This document shows positions 1 through 8,388 of a DNA stretch of 53,411 nt, piece by piece. Origin of the DNA: an uncultured Acidimicrobiaceae bacterium (GTDB lineage: Bacteria > Actinomycetota > Acidimicrobiia > Acidimicrobiales > RAAP-2); contig CAIVIS010000072.1 in assembly GCA_903906055.1 (NCBI GenBank), positions 1-53,411 of the forward strand, in the 5' to 3' direction. A model generated the notes under the pieces. The model searched no databases. It worked only from the letters and a program-made list of their open reading frames with translations, and was not told the origin of the DNA. Each line of letters begins with the position of its first letter. Position 1 is the first letter of the stretch. The position numbers and the translations under genes are program-made.

Positions 1-1
1 C

Positions 2-880
2 GTGGTCGATGACATCGTCGATGCCCTCGCCGTCCTGCGCCCGGTGTTCGACTCGTCGGGGGGACGCGATGGTTTCGTCTCTGTCGAAGTAGCCCCTGCG
101 CTGGCCCACGACACCGAGGGGACCACGGTTGCCGCCCGAGGGCTCCACGAGCGCATCGCTCTGCCCAACGTACTGGTCAAGATCCCGGCCACGGTCGAAG
201 GCATCCCCGCCATCCGCCAGATGATCGCCGAGGGTCGCAGCATCAACGTCACCCTCATCTTCTCCCTCACCCGGTATGCGGCGGTCATCGAGGCCTACCT
301 GTCCGGCCTCGAGGAACTGGCCGCTTCCGGAGCCACCGACCTGTCCGGCGTGGCCAGCGTCGCATCGTTCTTCATCAGCCGGGTCGACACCGAGGTGGAC
401 CGCCGCATCGAGGCGGCGGCCGATGGCGATGCTGACCTGTTGGCCCTTCGAGGCCAGGCCGCAGTAGCCCAAGCCAAGATGGCCTACGCGCTGTTCGCCG
501 AGGCGTTCTCAGGACCCCGGTGGGAAGTGTTGGCCGCCAAGGGCGCCCGGGTACAGCGTCCGCTGTGGGCCTCGACGTCGACCAAGAACCCGGCCTATCT
601 GGATCTGGCCTACGTGGACACGCTCATCGGACCTGACACCGTGAACACCCTCCCCGACGGAACCGTGGCCGACTTCCTCGACCACGGCACTGTGGCCCGG
701 ACGGTCGACGTTGACCTAGCCGGTGCTCGCCAAGTCATCGACCAACTGGCCGCAGCCGGTATCGACATGGAAGCGGTGGCCGAGGTGCTCGAGTCGGAGG
801 GCGTGGCTTCCTTTGCCGCCTCATTCGACGACCTGATGGAGTCCCTGGAAAAGAAGGCCGCCGCACTCGGTGCTGGCTGA
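2..880 (+). CDS. tal: Transaldolase, C-terminal part (5-prime end cut by the window edge)
   Basis: The ORF is open at the window start. VLVKIPATVEGIPAIRQMIAEGRSINVTLIFS matches the active-site Lys region of actinobacterial-type transaldolase. It is followed by gnd-zwf-pgl. Confidence 0.9.
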   Translation: MVDDIVDALAVLRPVFDSSGGRDGFVSVEVAPALAHDTEGTTVAARGLHERIALPNVLVKIPATVEGIPAIRQMIAEGRSINVTLIFSLTRYAAVIEAYLSGLEELAASGATDLSGVASVASFFISRVDTEVDRRIEAAADGDADLLALRGQAAVAQAKMAYALFAEAFSGPRWEVLAAKGARVQRPLWASTSTKNPAYLDLAYVDTLIGPDTVNTLPDGTVADFLDHGTVARTVDVDLAGARQVIDQLAAAGIDMEAVAEVLESEGVASFAASFDDLMESLEKKAAALGAG

Positions 881-1031
881 ACCACACATCAGGGGACGAG
901 GACCGGTACGTTCTACCTGGACGCAGCAGTTAGCGCCGCTCAACTGTTGAGCTTCTTCCGATCCGACGGATGCACGGACGTGTCCACGTCCAACCACTAC
1001 CGCTGTCACACACTTGCTTGAAGGAGCATTC

Positions 1032-1967
1032 ATGAAGATCGCAATGGTCGGACTCGGCAAGATGGGCTCCAACATGGCCCAGCGCCTGATCGAGCACGGG
1101 CACCAGGTGGTGGCGTTCGACCTCGACCAGGAGGCGCGGGAAGCCACCGCCGCCTTCGGTGCTGTTCCGGTCGCCACCCTCGAGGAGTTAGCTGCAGCCC
1201 TCGAACCACCCCGGGTGGCGTGGGTGATGGTGCCATCCGGTGCACCTACCGACTCGACAATCACCACCCTGGCCAGCTTGTTCAGCCCCGGCGACGTCAT
1301 CATCGATGGGGGGAACTCCAACTACAAAGAGACCGCTCCCCTGGCCGTCGCCCTGGCGGCCGAAGGGATCGCCCTGGTGGATGCCGGAACGTCGGGTGGC
1401 ATCTGGGGACTCACCGAGGGCTACTGCCTGATGGTGGGCGGCACCGATGAAGCCGTGGCCATCTGCGAGCCGGCGTTCTTGGCCCTCGCCCCCAAGGACG
1501 GCTACGCCCACGTAGGTCCCCCTGGCGCTGGACATTTCGTCAAGATGGTCCACAACGGCATCGAGTACGGCCTCATGCAGGCTTACGCCGAAGGCTTCGA
1601 GATCCTGTCCGAAGCACCCGAGTTCGACCTGGACCTCCATGAGGTCGCCTCGATCTGGCGATACGGGTCAGTGGTCCGATCCTGGCTGCTGGAGTTGACC
1701 GAGCGCGCCCTGCGACCCGGATCAGGATTCGAAGAGATCGAAGGTGTCGTGGCCGACTCCGGCGAAGGACGATGGACCGTTGAAGAGGCCATCGACCGGG
1801 GGGTGTCGGCGCCTGTCATATCGGCGGCGCTCTTCGCCCGGTTCGCCTCACAGAAGCCCGATGCCTTCGGCATGCGCTTACTGTCCGCGCTGCGAAACCA
1901 GTTCGGCGGGCACGCCTTTACAACCACTGAGGGCACTCAGGGCGGCGAGACTGCGACCCCCAAATGA
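1032..1967 (+). CDS. gnd: 6-phosphogluconate dehydrogenase (decarboxylating), short Gnd/YqeC-like form
   Basis: Rossmann N-terminus MKIAMVGLGKMGSNMAQRL and the GHFVKMVHNGIEYG motif. AAGGAG at 1021-1026 lies 5 nt before ATG 1032. The track ORF starts at an upstream TTG at 1014. Confidence 0.85.
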   Translation: MKIAMVGLGKMGSNMAQRLIEHGHQVVAFDLDQEAREATAAFGAVPVATLEELAAALEPPRVAWVMVPSGAPTDSTITTLASLFSPGDVIIDGGNSNYKETAPLAVALAAEGIALVDAGTSGGIWGLTEGYCLMVGGTDEAVAICEPAFLALAPKDGYAHVGPPGAGHFVKMVHNGIEYGLMQAYAEGFEILSEAPEFDLDLHEVASIWRYGSVVRSWLLELTERALRPGSGFEEIEGVVADSGEGRWTVEEAIDRGVSAPVISAALFARFASQKPDAFGMRLLSALRNQFGGHAFTTTEGTQGGETATPK

Positions 1968-3514
1968 GCACCGCAACGGAATCGACCGCCCTGTCGCCCG
2001 CACCTCCGGTGGCACTGGTGATTTTTGGTGCCTCGGGCGACCTGACCACTCGCAAGATCCTTCCCTCCATAGCCCGCCTGGTAGACGGCGGCGTCCTCGA
2101 TGCCGGGTTCACCATCATCGGTGTGGCCCGGACCGAGTGGACGGACGCCGACTTCCGACGAGAGGTCACCGCTTCCACCCCCGATGCCGGCCCTCGGTGG
2201 CGGTCCATGACGGAACGGTTCCGCTACATCGCAGGCGAGTATGACCACCCGGACACCTTCGATCAACTGAAGGTGCTGCTGGCCGATGCAGACGCCAACG
2301 ATGGCACTGCCGGGAACCGCATCTACTACCTGGCCACGGTGCCCGCTGTGTTTGGCTTGGTGGCCAAGTCGCTGGCCTCCCATGGCTGCGCCACCCCAGG
2401 AGAAGGCGGCTCCTTCGCCCGGATCGTGGTGGAGAAGCCGTTCGGCCGTGATCTCGAGAGCGCCCTCGATCTTAACGAGCAGATGCACTCGGCCTTCGAC
2501 GAGAGCCAGATCTATCGGATCGACCACTACATGGGCAAGGAGACGGTCCAGAACGTCCTCGCCTTGCGGTTCGCCAATGCCATCTTCGAGCCCATCTGGA
2601 ACCGCCGGTACATCGAGCAAGTTCAGATCACCGTGGCGGAAAGCCTGGGCGTCGAGCACCGGGGGGCCTTCTACGAAACCGCCGGGGCCTTGCGCGACAT
2701 CGTCCAGAACCACGTCATGCAGGTCCTGGCCCTGACGCTCATGGAGTCGCCCACCAGCACCGATGCCGATCGCATCCGCGACGAAAAGGTCAAGTTGTTG
2801 CGGGCCATCTACATCCCCACTCCCGATGAGGCCGTTGACCGATCTATCCGGGGCCAGTACGCGGCCGGCACTATCGACGGCCAGCCGGTCATCGGCTACC
2901 GCGACGAGGACGACGTGGCGCCCGACAGCCAGACCGAGACGTACCTCGCCCTGCAGCTACGAGTGGAGAACTGGCGGTGGTCGGGAGTACCGATCTACGT
3001 CCGTACTGGCAAGCGCCTCGCGGGCCGGGTCACCGAGGTGGCCCTCACCTTCCGCCAGGTGCCGTTCCTCCTGTTCGACCACCGGTCCAGCCGCGACCTC
3101 CGACCCAACACTCTGATATTGCGGATCCAGCCCGACGAGGGCATCAGCCTGGAGTTCGGGGCCAAAGTGCCCGGGGAGAAGTTCCATCTGCGTTCGGTGG
3201 CCATGGACTTCTCCTACGACGAGGCGTTCGCCGACACCAAGGCAGCCGACGGCTATGAGCGGCTCATCCACGACGCCATGGTCGGCGATGCCACCTTGTT
3301 CATCCGATCCGACGAGGTCGAGCAGGCCTGGCGGATCGTCGACCCCTATCTCCAGGCGTGGTCCGAGCCAGGGGCCGGCCTCCACCTGTACGAGTCCGGG
3401 TCGTGGGGTCCCCACATGGCAAATCTGATGACCGAGCGAGCCGGACATGAGTGGCGCAACCCCAAGATCGATCTGGAGCTGAGCGACGGTGGCCAGCCCC
3501 ATCTCGACCAGTGA
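1964..3514 (+). CDS. zwf: Glucose-6-phosphate 1-dehydrogenase
   Basis: Signature motifs EKPFGRDL and RIDHYMGKE. The ATG overlaps the gnd stop (ATGA at 1964-1967). Confidence 0.95.
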   Translation: MSTATESTALSPAPPVALVIFGASGDLTTRKILPSIARLVDGGVLDAGFTIIGVARTEWTDADFRREVTASTPDAGPRWRSMTERFRYIAGEYDHPDTFDQLKVLLADADANDGTAGNRIYYLATVPAVFGLVAKSLASHGCATPGEGGSFARIVVEKPFGRDLESALDLNEQMHSAFDESQIYRIDHYMGKETVQNVLALRFANAIFEPIWNRRYIEQVQITVAESLGVEHRGAFYETAGALRDIVQNHVMQVLALTLMESPTSTDADRIRDEKVKLLRAIYIPTPDEAVDRSIRGQYAAGTIDGQPVIGYRDEDDVAPDSQTETYLALQLRVENWRWSGVPIYVRTGKRLAGRVTEVALTFRQVPFLLFDHRSSRDLRPNTLILRIQPDEGISLEFGAKVPGEKFHLRSVAMDFSYDEAFADTKAADGYERLIHDAMVGDATLFIRSDEVEQAWRIVDPYLQAWSEPGAGLHLYESGSWGPHMANLMTERAGHEWRNPKIDLELSDGGQPHLDQ

Positions 3515-3592
3515 GCCAGGGGCTCAGAAGTAACCGGTCGATTCCAGTGAGACGCCGACACGGATGCATGACCCACAGATGAAGGACCCGAC

Positions 3593-4288
3593 GTGAACGG
3601 CACGCTGCGCTTGGTGCGGTCGGTCCCTGACGCATTCGCCGAACTGGTGGCTGAGGGCATCGCCGCCGCTGTCGGATCCCCTTACGGACTATTCCTGTCC
3701 GGTGGAGGCACCGCCTTGGAGTGCTATCAGGCCCTGGCTGCCCGAGGCGACATCTCATGGGCTGGTGTCGACATCTTCTTGGGCGATGAGCGGTGCGTCC
3801 CACTCGACGACCCCGACTCCAACCACCGGATGATCAACGAGACCTTGGTGGAACTGGTCGGCCCGGTGCACTCCGACCATCCCATGTACCGGTCGGGTTC
3901 GCCCGAGGACGCGGCGGCCGCCTACCAGGATCTGGTGGCCGCACTCCCCCGGTTCGATCTGGTCCACCTCGGGCTCGGGCCGGACGGGCACTGCGCTTCG
4001 CTCTTTCCGGGTTCGACGGCCCTGGATGACCAGGATCCGGCCCACCTGGTGGTGGCCAATCGCGACCCCAACGGTGTGAACCCCCACGACCGGATCACGC
4101 TCACCCTGGCCGGCATCGCCCAGGCCGAGCGCACCATCTTCACCGTGGCCGGAGCATCCAAGCGCAACGCGCTGGGCCGCATCAGAGGCGGAGAGGACCT
4201 TCCGGCCGGCCGGGTCACCGGCGCAGACGTAATCTGGCTGGTGGATGCCGAGGCGCTCGGCGACCTCGAGCCCGACCAGGTCGGCTGA
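3593..4288 (+). CDS. pgl: 6-phosphogluconolactonase
   Basis: GDERCVPLDDPDSNHRM and GLGPDGHCASLFPG motifs. GTG start with GAAGGA at 3581-3586. Confidence 0.85.
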   Translation: MNGTLRLVRSVPDAFAELVAEGIAAAVGSPYGLFLSGGGTALECYQALAARGDISWAGVDIFLGDERCVPLDDPDSNHRMINETLVELVGPVHSDHPMYRSGSPEDAAAAYQDLVAALPRFDLVHLGLGPDGHCASLFPGSTALDDQDPAHLVVANRDPNGVNPHDRITLTLAGIAQAERTIFTVAGASKRNALGRIRGGEDLPAGRVTGADVIWLVDAEALGDLEPDQVG

Positions 4289-4296
4289 ACGTGCCT

Positions 4297-4399
4297 CGTC
4301 CCCTACGACCCCTCCGATCTGGTCGTCCCCTACGACCCCTCCGATCTGGTCGTCCCCTACGACCCCTCCGATCTGGTCGTCCCCTACGACCCCTCCGAT
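4297..4399. repeat. Perfect 27-bp tandem repeat (cgtcccctacgacccctccgatctggt), 3.8 copies, between the pgl stop and the fbiC start
   Basis: Read directly: units at 4297-4323, 4324-4350 and 4351-4377, plus a 22-nt partial unit at 4378-4399. All copies are identical. Confidence 0.97.
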
Positions 4400-4402
4400 A
4401 AG

Positions 4403-6805
4403 GTGACCGAGATGCCTGCCGACCCCGGCTCCCACCACTCCCCGACCGGGGACGTCGACCTCCAGCGCGAGTTGCTGACTGCCCCGTTGTCCGATCTGAT
4501 GGATCGGGCCGCTGCGGTGCGCGATGCCGCCTTCGGCACCAGGCTGACCTTCTCTCCCAAGGTGTTCATCCCGCTCACCATGTTGTGCCGGGATCGCTGC
4601 GGCTACTGCACCTTCGCCAAGGCCCCAGCCCACCTGGACTCCCCCTACCTGGGCCTCGACGAGGTCCTGGCCATCGCCCAGGCCGGACGAGCTGCTGGGT
4701 GCCATGAAGCACTGTTCACCTTGGGCGAAGGACCCGAAGACCGATATCCGGCGGCCGCCGACTGGCTGGCCGACCACGGCTACTCCTCCACTGTCGACTA
4801 TCTGGCCGCTGCCTGCGCCCTCGTACTGGCCGAGACCGGCCTGCTGCCGCACGCCAATGCCGGTGCGCTCAGCGCCGACGAGTTGGCCGCTTTGCGAATG
4901 GTGTCGGCCAGCCAGGGGATGATGATCGAGTCCACCAATCCGGACCTCGACGCCCACCGCTCGGCACCCGACAAGGTGCCAGCTCGACGGTTGGCCACCA
5001 TGGAGGCCGCGGGCGAGCTAGCCATCCCCTTCACCACCGGACTCCTAGTGGGCATCGGTGAGTCCCGCCAGGACCGGCTCGACACATTGGCCGCCATCGC
5101 CGCCAGCCATGCCCGGCACGGTCACATCCAGGAGGTGATCGTCCAGAACTTCCTCCCCAAGGCCGGGACCTCGATGCACCGCTACCCGCCTTGTCCGACC
5201 GACGAGTTCCTCTGGACCATCGCCGCCGCTCGTCTGCTCCTTCCCACCGAGATCCACCTGCAGGCTCCCCCGAACCTCTCCGACGACCTGGGCCCCCTGG
5301 TGGCGGCCGGAATCGACGACTGGGGCGGCGTGTCCCCGGTCACGGCCGACCACGTCAATCCGGAGCGGGCCTGGCCGGCACTCGGGATCCTGCGCGATGC
5401 CACCGAGGCCACCGGCCACACGCTGGCTCCCCGGCTGACCATCTACCCCGAGTTCGCCCTCGATCCCGATCGGTGGCTGGACGAGGCGCTGCGCTTTCCC
5501 GTGCAGGATGCCTCCGATGCCGAGGGGCTCGGCCGAGACCATCCGTGGGCATCAGGTGGCGAGTTCCCGCCGCCCGACATCCTGGAGTTCATCGCCGCAC
5601 TCGATCCGGCCGACTCCGTACCGGCACCGGGGCGGCCTCCGGTGGTCACACTGGCCTCGACCGGCGGGGCGGTGGCCGAGGTGCTGGCTGGCGTGCTGGC
5701 CGGTCAGACGGTCGACGAGGACGAGATCGTGATCCTCTTCGGCGCCCGGGGCCCCGAGGTGCGGGCGGTGGCCGAGGTTGCCGACCAACTGCGCTTCGAC
5801 ACCGTGGGCAATGAGGTGACCTACGTCGCCAACCGGAACATCAACTACACCAATGTGTGCACGTTCAAGTGCAAGTTCTGCGCCTTCTCGAAGGGCCCGC
5901 TGTCGTTGAACCTGCGCGGGGCGCCCTATCTGTTGGAGCTGAGCGAGATCACCGACCGGGTGTCTGAGGCCGAGGCGCTAGGGGCTACGGAAGTCTGCCT
6001 TCAAGGTGGGATCCACCCCGATTTCGACGGCGAGTACTACCTCCATGTGATCCGGGCCGTCCGCGAGGCCTCGGCCACCATTCACATCCACGGGTTCACC
6101 GCGCTCGAGGTAACCGAAGGGGCCCGTCGCTCCGAGATGCCGTTGGCCGACTACCTGGTACTGCTCCGCGATGCTGGACTGCGGACCATTCCCGGCACAG
6201 CGGCCGAGATCCTCGACGACGACGTACGGGCCGTCTTGTGCCCGGACAAGATCAACACCGAGCAGTGGTTGGAGGCCCACCGGGTCGCCCACAGCGTCGG
6301 CCTCAACTCGAATGTCACCATCATGTTCGGTGCCATCGAACAGCCCCGCTCGTGGGCTCGCCACCTGATGCGGACCCGCGCACTGCAGCAAGAGACCGGC
6401 GGGTTCACCGAGTTCGTGCCCCTGCCATTCGTGCACATGGCCACGCCGATCTACATCAAGAAGCGCTCGAGGCGGGGGCCGACCTTCCGCGAAACCCTGC
6501 TCATGCACGCAGTCGGCCGCATCGCCTACCGGGGAGCCATCGACAACATCCAGCTCAGCTGGGTGAAGCTCGGTGCTGACGGCGCCCGCCAACTGCTACG
6601 GGCCGGGGTCAATGACCTCGGTGGGACGCTGATGGACGAGAACATCTCACGTGCTGCCGGGGCCAGCCACGGCCAGATGATGGATGCCGAGTCCTTTGGC
6701 GCCGTGGTAGCCCCCTTGGGGCGACCGCTGGCCCAGCGCACCACCCTGTACGGCAGGGTCACGCCCACCGACGGACACGAAACCGTGCTCGCGGCGATCA
6801 GCTGA
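4403..6805 (+). CDS. fbiC: FO synthase (7,8-didemethyl-8-hydroxy-5-deazariboflavin synthase), fused CofG/CofH
   Basis: Two radical-SAM boxes: CRDRCGYC in the N-terminal half and CTFKCKFC in the C-terminal half. The 800-aa two-domain architecture fits FbiC. The start could be GTG 4403 or ATG 4412. Confidence 0.93.
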   Translation: MTEMPADPGSHHSPTGDVDLQRELLTAPLSDLMDRAAAVRDAAFGTRLTFSPKVFIPLTMLCRDRCGYCTFAKAPAHLDSPYLGLDEVLAIAQAGRAAGCHEALFTLGEGPEDRYPAAADWLADHGYSSTVDYLAAACALVLAETGLLPHANAGALSADELAALRMVSASQGMMIESTNPDLDAHRSAPDKVPARRLATMEAAGELAIPFTTGLLVGIGESRQDRLDTLAAIAASHARHGHIQEVIVQNFLPKAGTSMHRYPPCPTDEFLWTIAAARLLLPTEIHLQAPPNLSDDLGPLVAAGIDDWGGVSPVTADHVNPERAWPALGILRDATEATGHTLAPRLTIYPEFALDPDRWLDEALRFPVQDASDAEGLGRDHPWASGGEFPPPDILEFIAALDPADSVPAPGRPPVVTLASTGGAVAEVLAGVLAGQTVDEDEIVILFGARGPEVRAVAEVADQLRFDTVGNEVTYVANRNINYTNVCTFKCKFCAFSKGPLSLNLRGAPYLLELSEITDRVSEAEALGATEVCLQGGIHPDFDGEYYLHVIRAVREASATIHIHGFTALEVTEGARRSEMPLADYLVLLRDAGLRTIPGTAAEILDDDVRAVLCPDKINTEQWLEAHRVAHSVGLNSNVTIMFGAIEQPRSWARHLMRTRALQQETGGFTEFVPLPFVHMATPIYIKKRSRRGPTFRETLLMHAVGRIAYRGAIDNIQLSWVKLGADGARQLLRAGVNDLGGTLMDENISRAAGASHGQMMDAESFGAVVAPLGRPLAQRTTLYGRVTPTDGHETVLAAIS

Positions 6806-6806
6806 G

Positions 6807-7847
6807 ATGAGCACACCTCCGACTGGGGAGGACCAGCCGATTGAGAGCCAGACGATCGAGGAGCGCATCGCTCAGGTCGCCAGTCCGGCCGAACGCCGCC
6901 TCTACCGATCGATGGTCGACACCGTGGCTGGGCTGATCGACCACCAAACCGAGGTCATCGACCTCAAGGTGGCCGACACCGCCCTGTCGGAGATGGCCGA
7001 GGCGTTCGCAGTATTCCAGCCCCTGCGTAAGCGGATGAAGGTGACCATCTTCGGTTCGGCCCGGACCGAGGCCGACCACCCCGCCTACCGTCAGGCCCGA
7101 GCGCTGGCTGCAGCCATGTCAGGAGCTGGCTGGATGGTGGTGACCGGGGCCGGGCCGGGCATCATGGCCGCGGGCATGGAGGGGGCGGGGCGGGACCAGT
7201 CGGTCGGGGTGAACATCCGACTCCCCCACGAGCAGGGAGCCAACCGGTTCATCGCCCAAGACCCGAAACTGGTCGAGATGCGGTACTTCTTCACCCGCAA
7301 GCTCATGCTCTTGAAGGAGTCGGACGGCTTCATCGTCCTACCCGGTGGGTTCGGCACCCTGGACGAAGGGTTCGAACTTCTCACCCTGCTCCAGACCGGA
7401 AAGGCCGAGCCCGCCCCGATGGTGCTGCTCGATGTGCCCGGCGGCACCTTCTGGCAGGGGTGGAGCCGGTTCCTGAGCGAGGAGGTCGAGCCCCGAGGGT
7501 TGGTATCCGAGCACGATCGCGCCTTCTTCACCATCACCGACGACGTCACCGTGGCGGCTGCTGCCCTACTCAGCTTCTACCGCAACTACCGGTCATGCCG
7601 TTGGGTGGGCGATCTATTGGTGCTGCGGATGGCGGTCGCCCCCGACAAACAGCAACTGGCCGACCTCAACCGCCGGTTCGCCGACATCGTCGCATCCGGC
7701 GTGATCCGCACGGTCGATCCACTCCCCCCGGAACGTGCCGACGACGATGTGGTCGACCTACCGCGGTTGGCCTTCCGGTTCGACAAGACGCACTACGGAC
7801 GCCTCCGACAGCTGATCGATGCCGTCAATCAGATCGTCGACGCCTGA
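6807..7847 (+). CDS. LOG / TIGR00730-family nucleotide-binding protein (putative nucleotide phosphoribohydrolase) with N- and C-terminal extensions
   Basis: TIFGSAR, GAGPGIMAA and PGGFGTLDE motifs. The ATG lies 1 nt after the fbiC stop. Confidence 0.8.
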   Translation: MSTPPTGEDQPIESQTIEERIAQVASPAERRLYRSMVDTVAGLIDHQTEVIDLKVADTALSEMAEAFAVFQPLRKRMKVTIFGSARTEADHPAYRQARALAAAMSGAGWMVVTGAGPGIMAAGMEGAGRDQSVGVNIRLPHEQGANRFIAQDPKLVEMRYFFTRKLMLLKESDGFIVLPGGFGTLDEGFELLTLLQTGKAEPAPMVLLDVPGGTFWQGWSRFLSEEVEPRGLVSEHDRAFFTITDDVTVAAAALLSFYRNYRSCRWVGDLLVLRMAVAPDKQQLADLNRRFADIVASGVIRTVDPLPPERADDDVVDLPRLAFRFDKTHYGRLRQLIDAVNQIVDA

Positions 7848-7878
7848 CCGACCCCCTCAGGTCTGTCGCTCGGCATCA

Positions 7879-7950
7879 ACCAGCGTCAGACGACCAGCGT
7901 CAGACGACCAGCGTCAGTCGATCAGCGTCAGTCGACCAGCGTCAGTCGAT
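7879..7950. repeat. 14-bp tandem repeat (accagcgtcagacg and variants), 5 copies
   Basis: Units at 7879, 7893, 7907, 7921 and 7935. Variants differ at 1-2 positions. The repeat lies between the convergent LOG gene and the small minus-strand gene, whose stop (7942-7944) falls in the last unit. Confidence 0.95.
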
Positions 7951-8190
7951 CGACACCCGGGTGACTCTCCGGTGGAACCGACGATGGCTGTGCAGCACCG
8001 GCGGATCACGAAGTTCGATCGAGGCCAACTCGAAACGCTGGTCGATCAAGTCGAGCGGCGGCGGGTCCTGGGATTCGATGCCGCTATCGCGGACGAGGGA
8101 TGTGGGGATGCCATTCGAGAACCACCGGGCCTCGTGCAGTCCGAACGGATCGAGGCACCAGTTCTGGGCGTTGTGGGGGTCGTGCTCCAT
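7942..8190 (-). CDS. Small DUF2510-like protein (82 aa)
   Basis: The minus frame has strong third-position GC bias. NWCLDPFGLHEARWFSNGIPTSLV resembles the DUF2510 GW-x2-DP-x-G-x4-R-[YW]-[WF]-x-G-x3-T motif. The overlapping plus-strand ORFs look non-coding (Arg/Ser/Pro-rich). Confidence 0.5.
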   Translation of the reverse strand: MEHDPHNAQNWCLDPFGLHEARWFSNGIPTSLVRDSGIESQDPPPLDLIDQRFELASIELRDPPVLHSHRRFHRRVTRVSID

Positions 8191-8388
8191 GGATTGAGTT
8201 TACCTTTAGATAACCTAGAAGTCACGCACCGTTCATTTCAGACATCTTCAGTTCATGTTGACCGATCAGGTCCTGCAGGCGCCTCAGGCGTCAACTTGGT
8301 CTGCTCCCCGGTGCGGTGGGGAGCGCCCTACCCAGATAGTGCCGATGGACCCTAGGGAGTTGGCTCTCCGATGAGCGATCCTAGATAG

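Noticed and set aside
4297-4399. Possible CRISPR array, because the repeat is a perfect 27-bp unit.
   Set aside because: The units are directly adjacent with no spacers, there are only 3.8 copies, and no cas genes are in the window. It is a simple tandem repeat.
7819-8355. 178-aa plus-strand ORF (and 7460-8197+) covering the DUF2510-like locus.
   Set aside because: Their composition is Arg/Ser/Pro-rich and they read through the 14-bp repeat. The minus-strand frame has far stronger codon bias and a recognisable motif.
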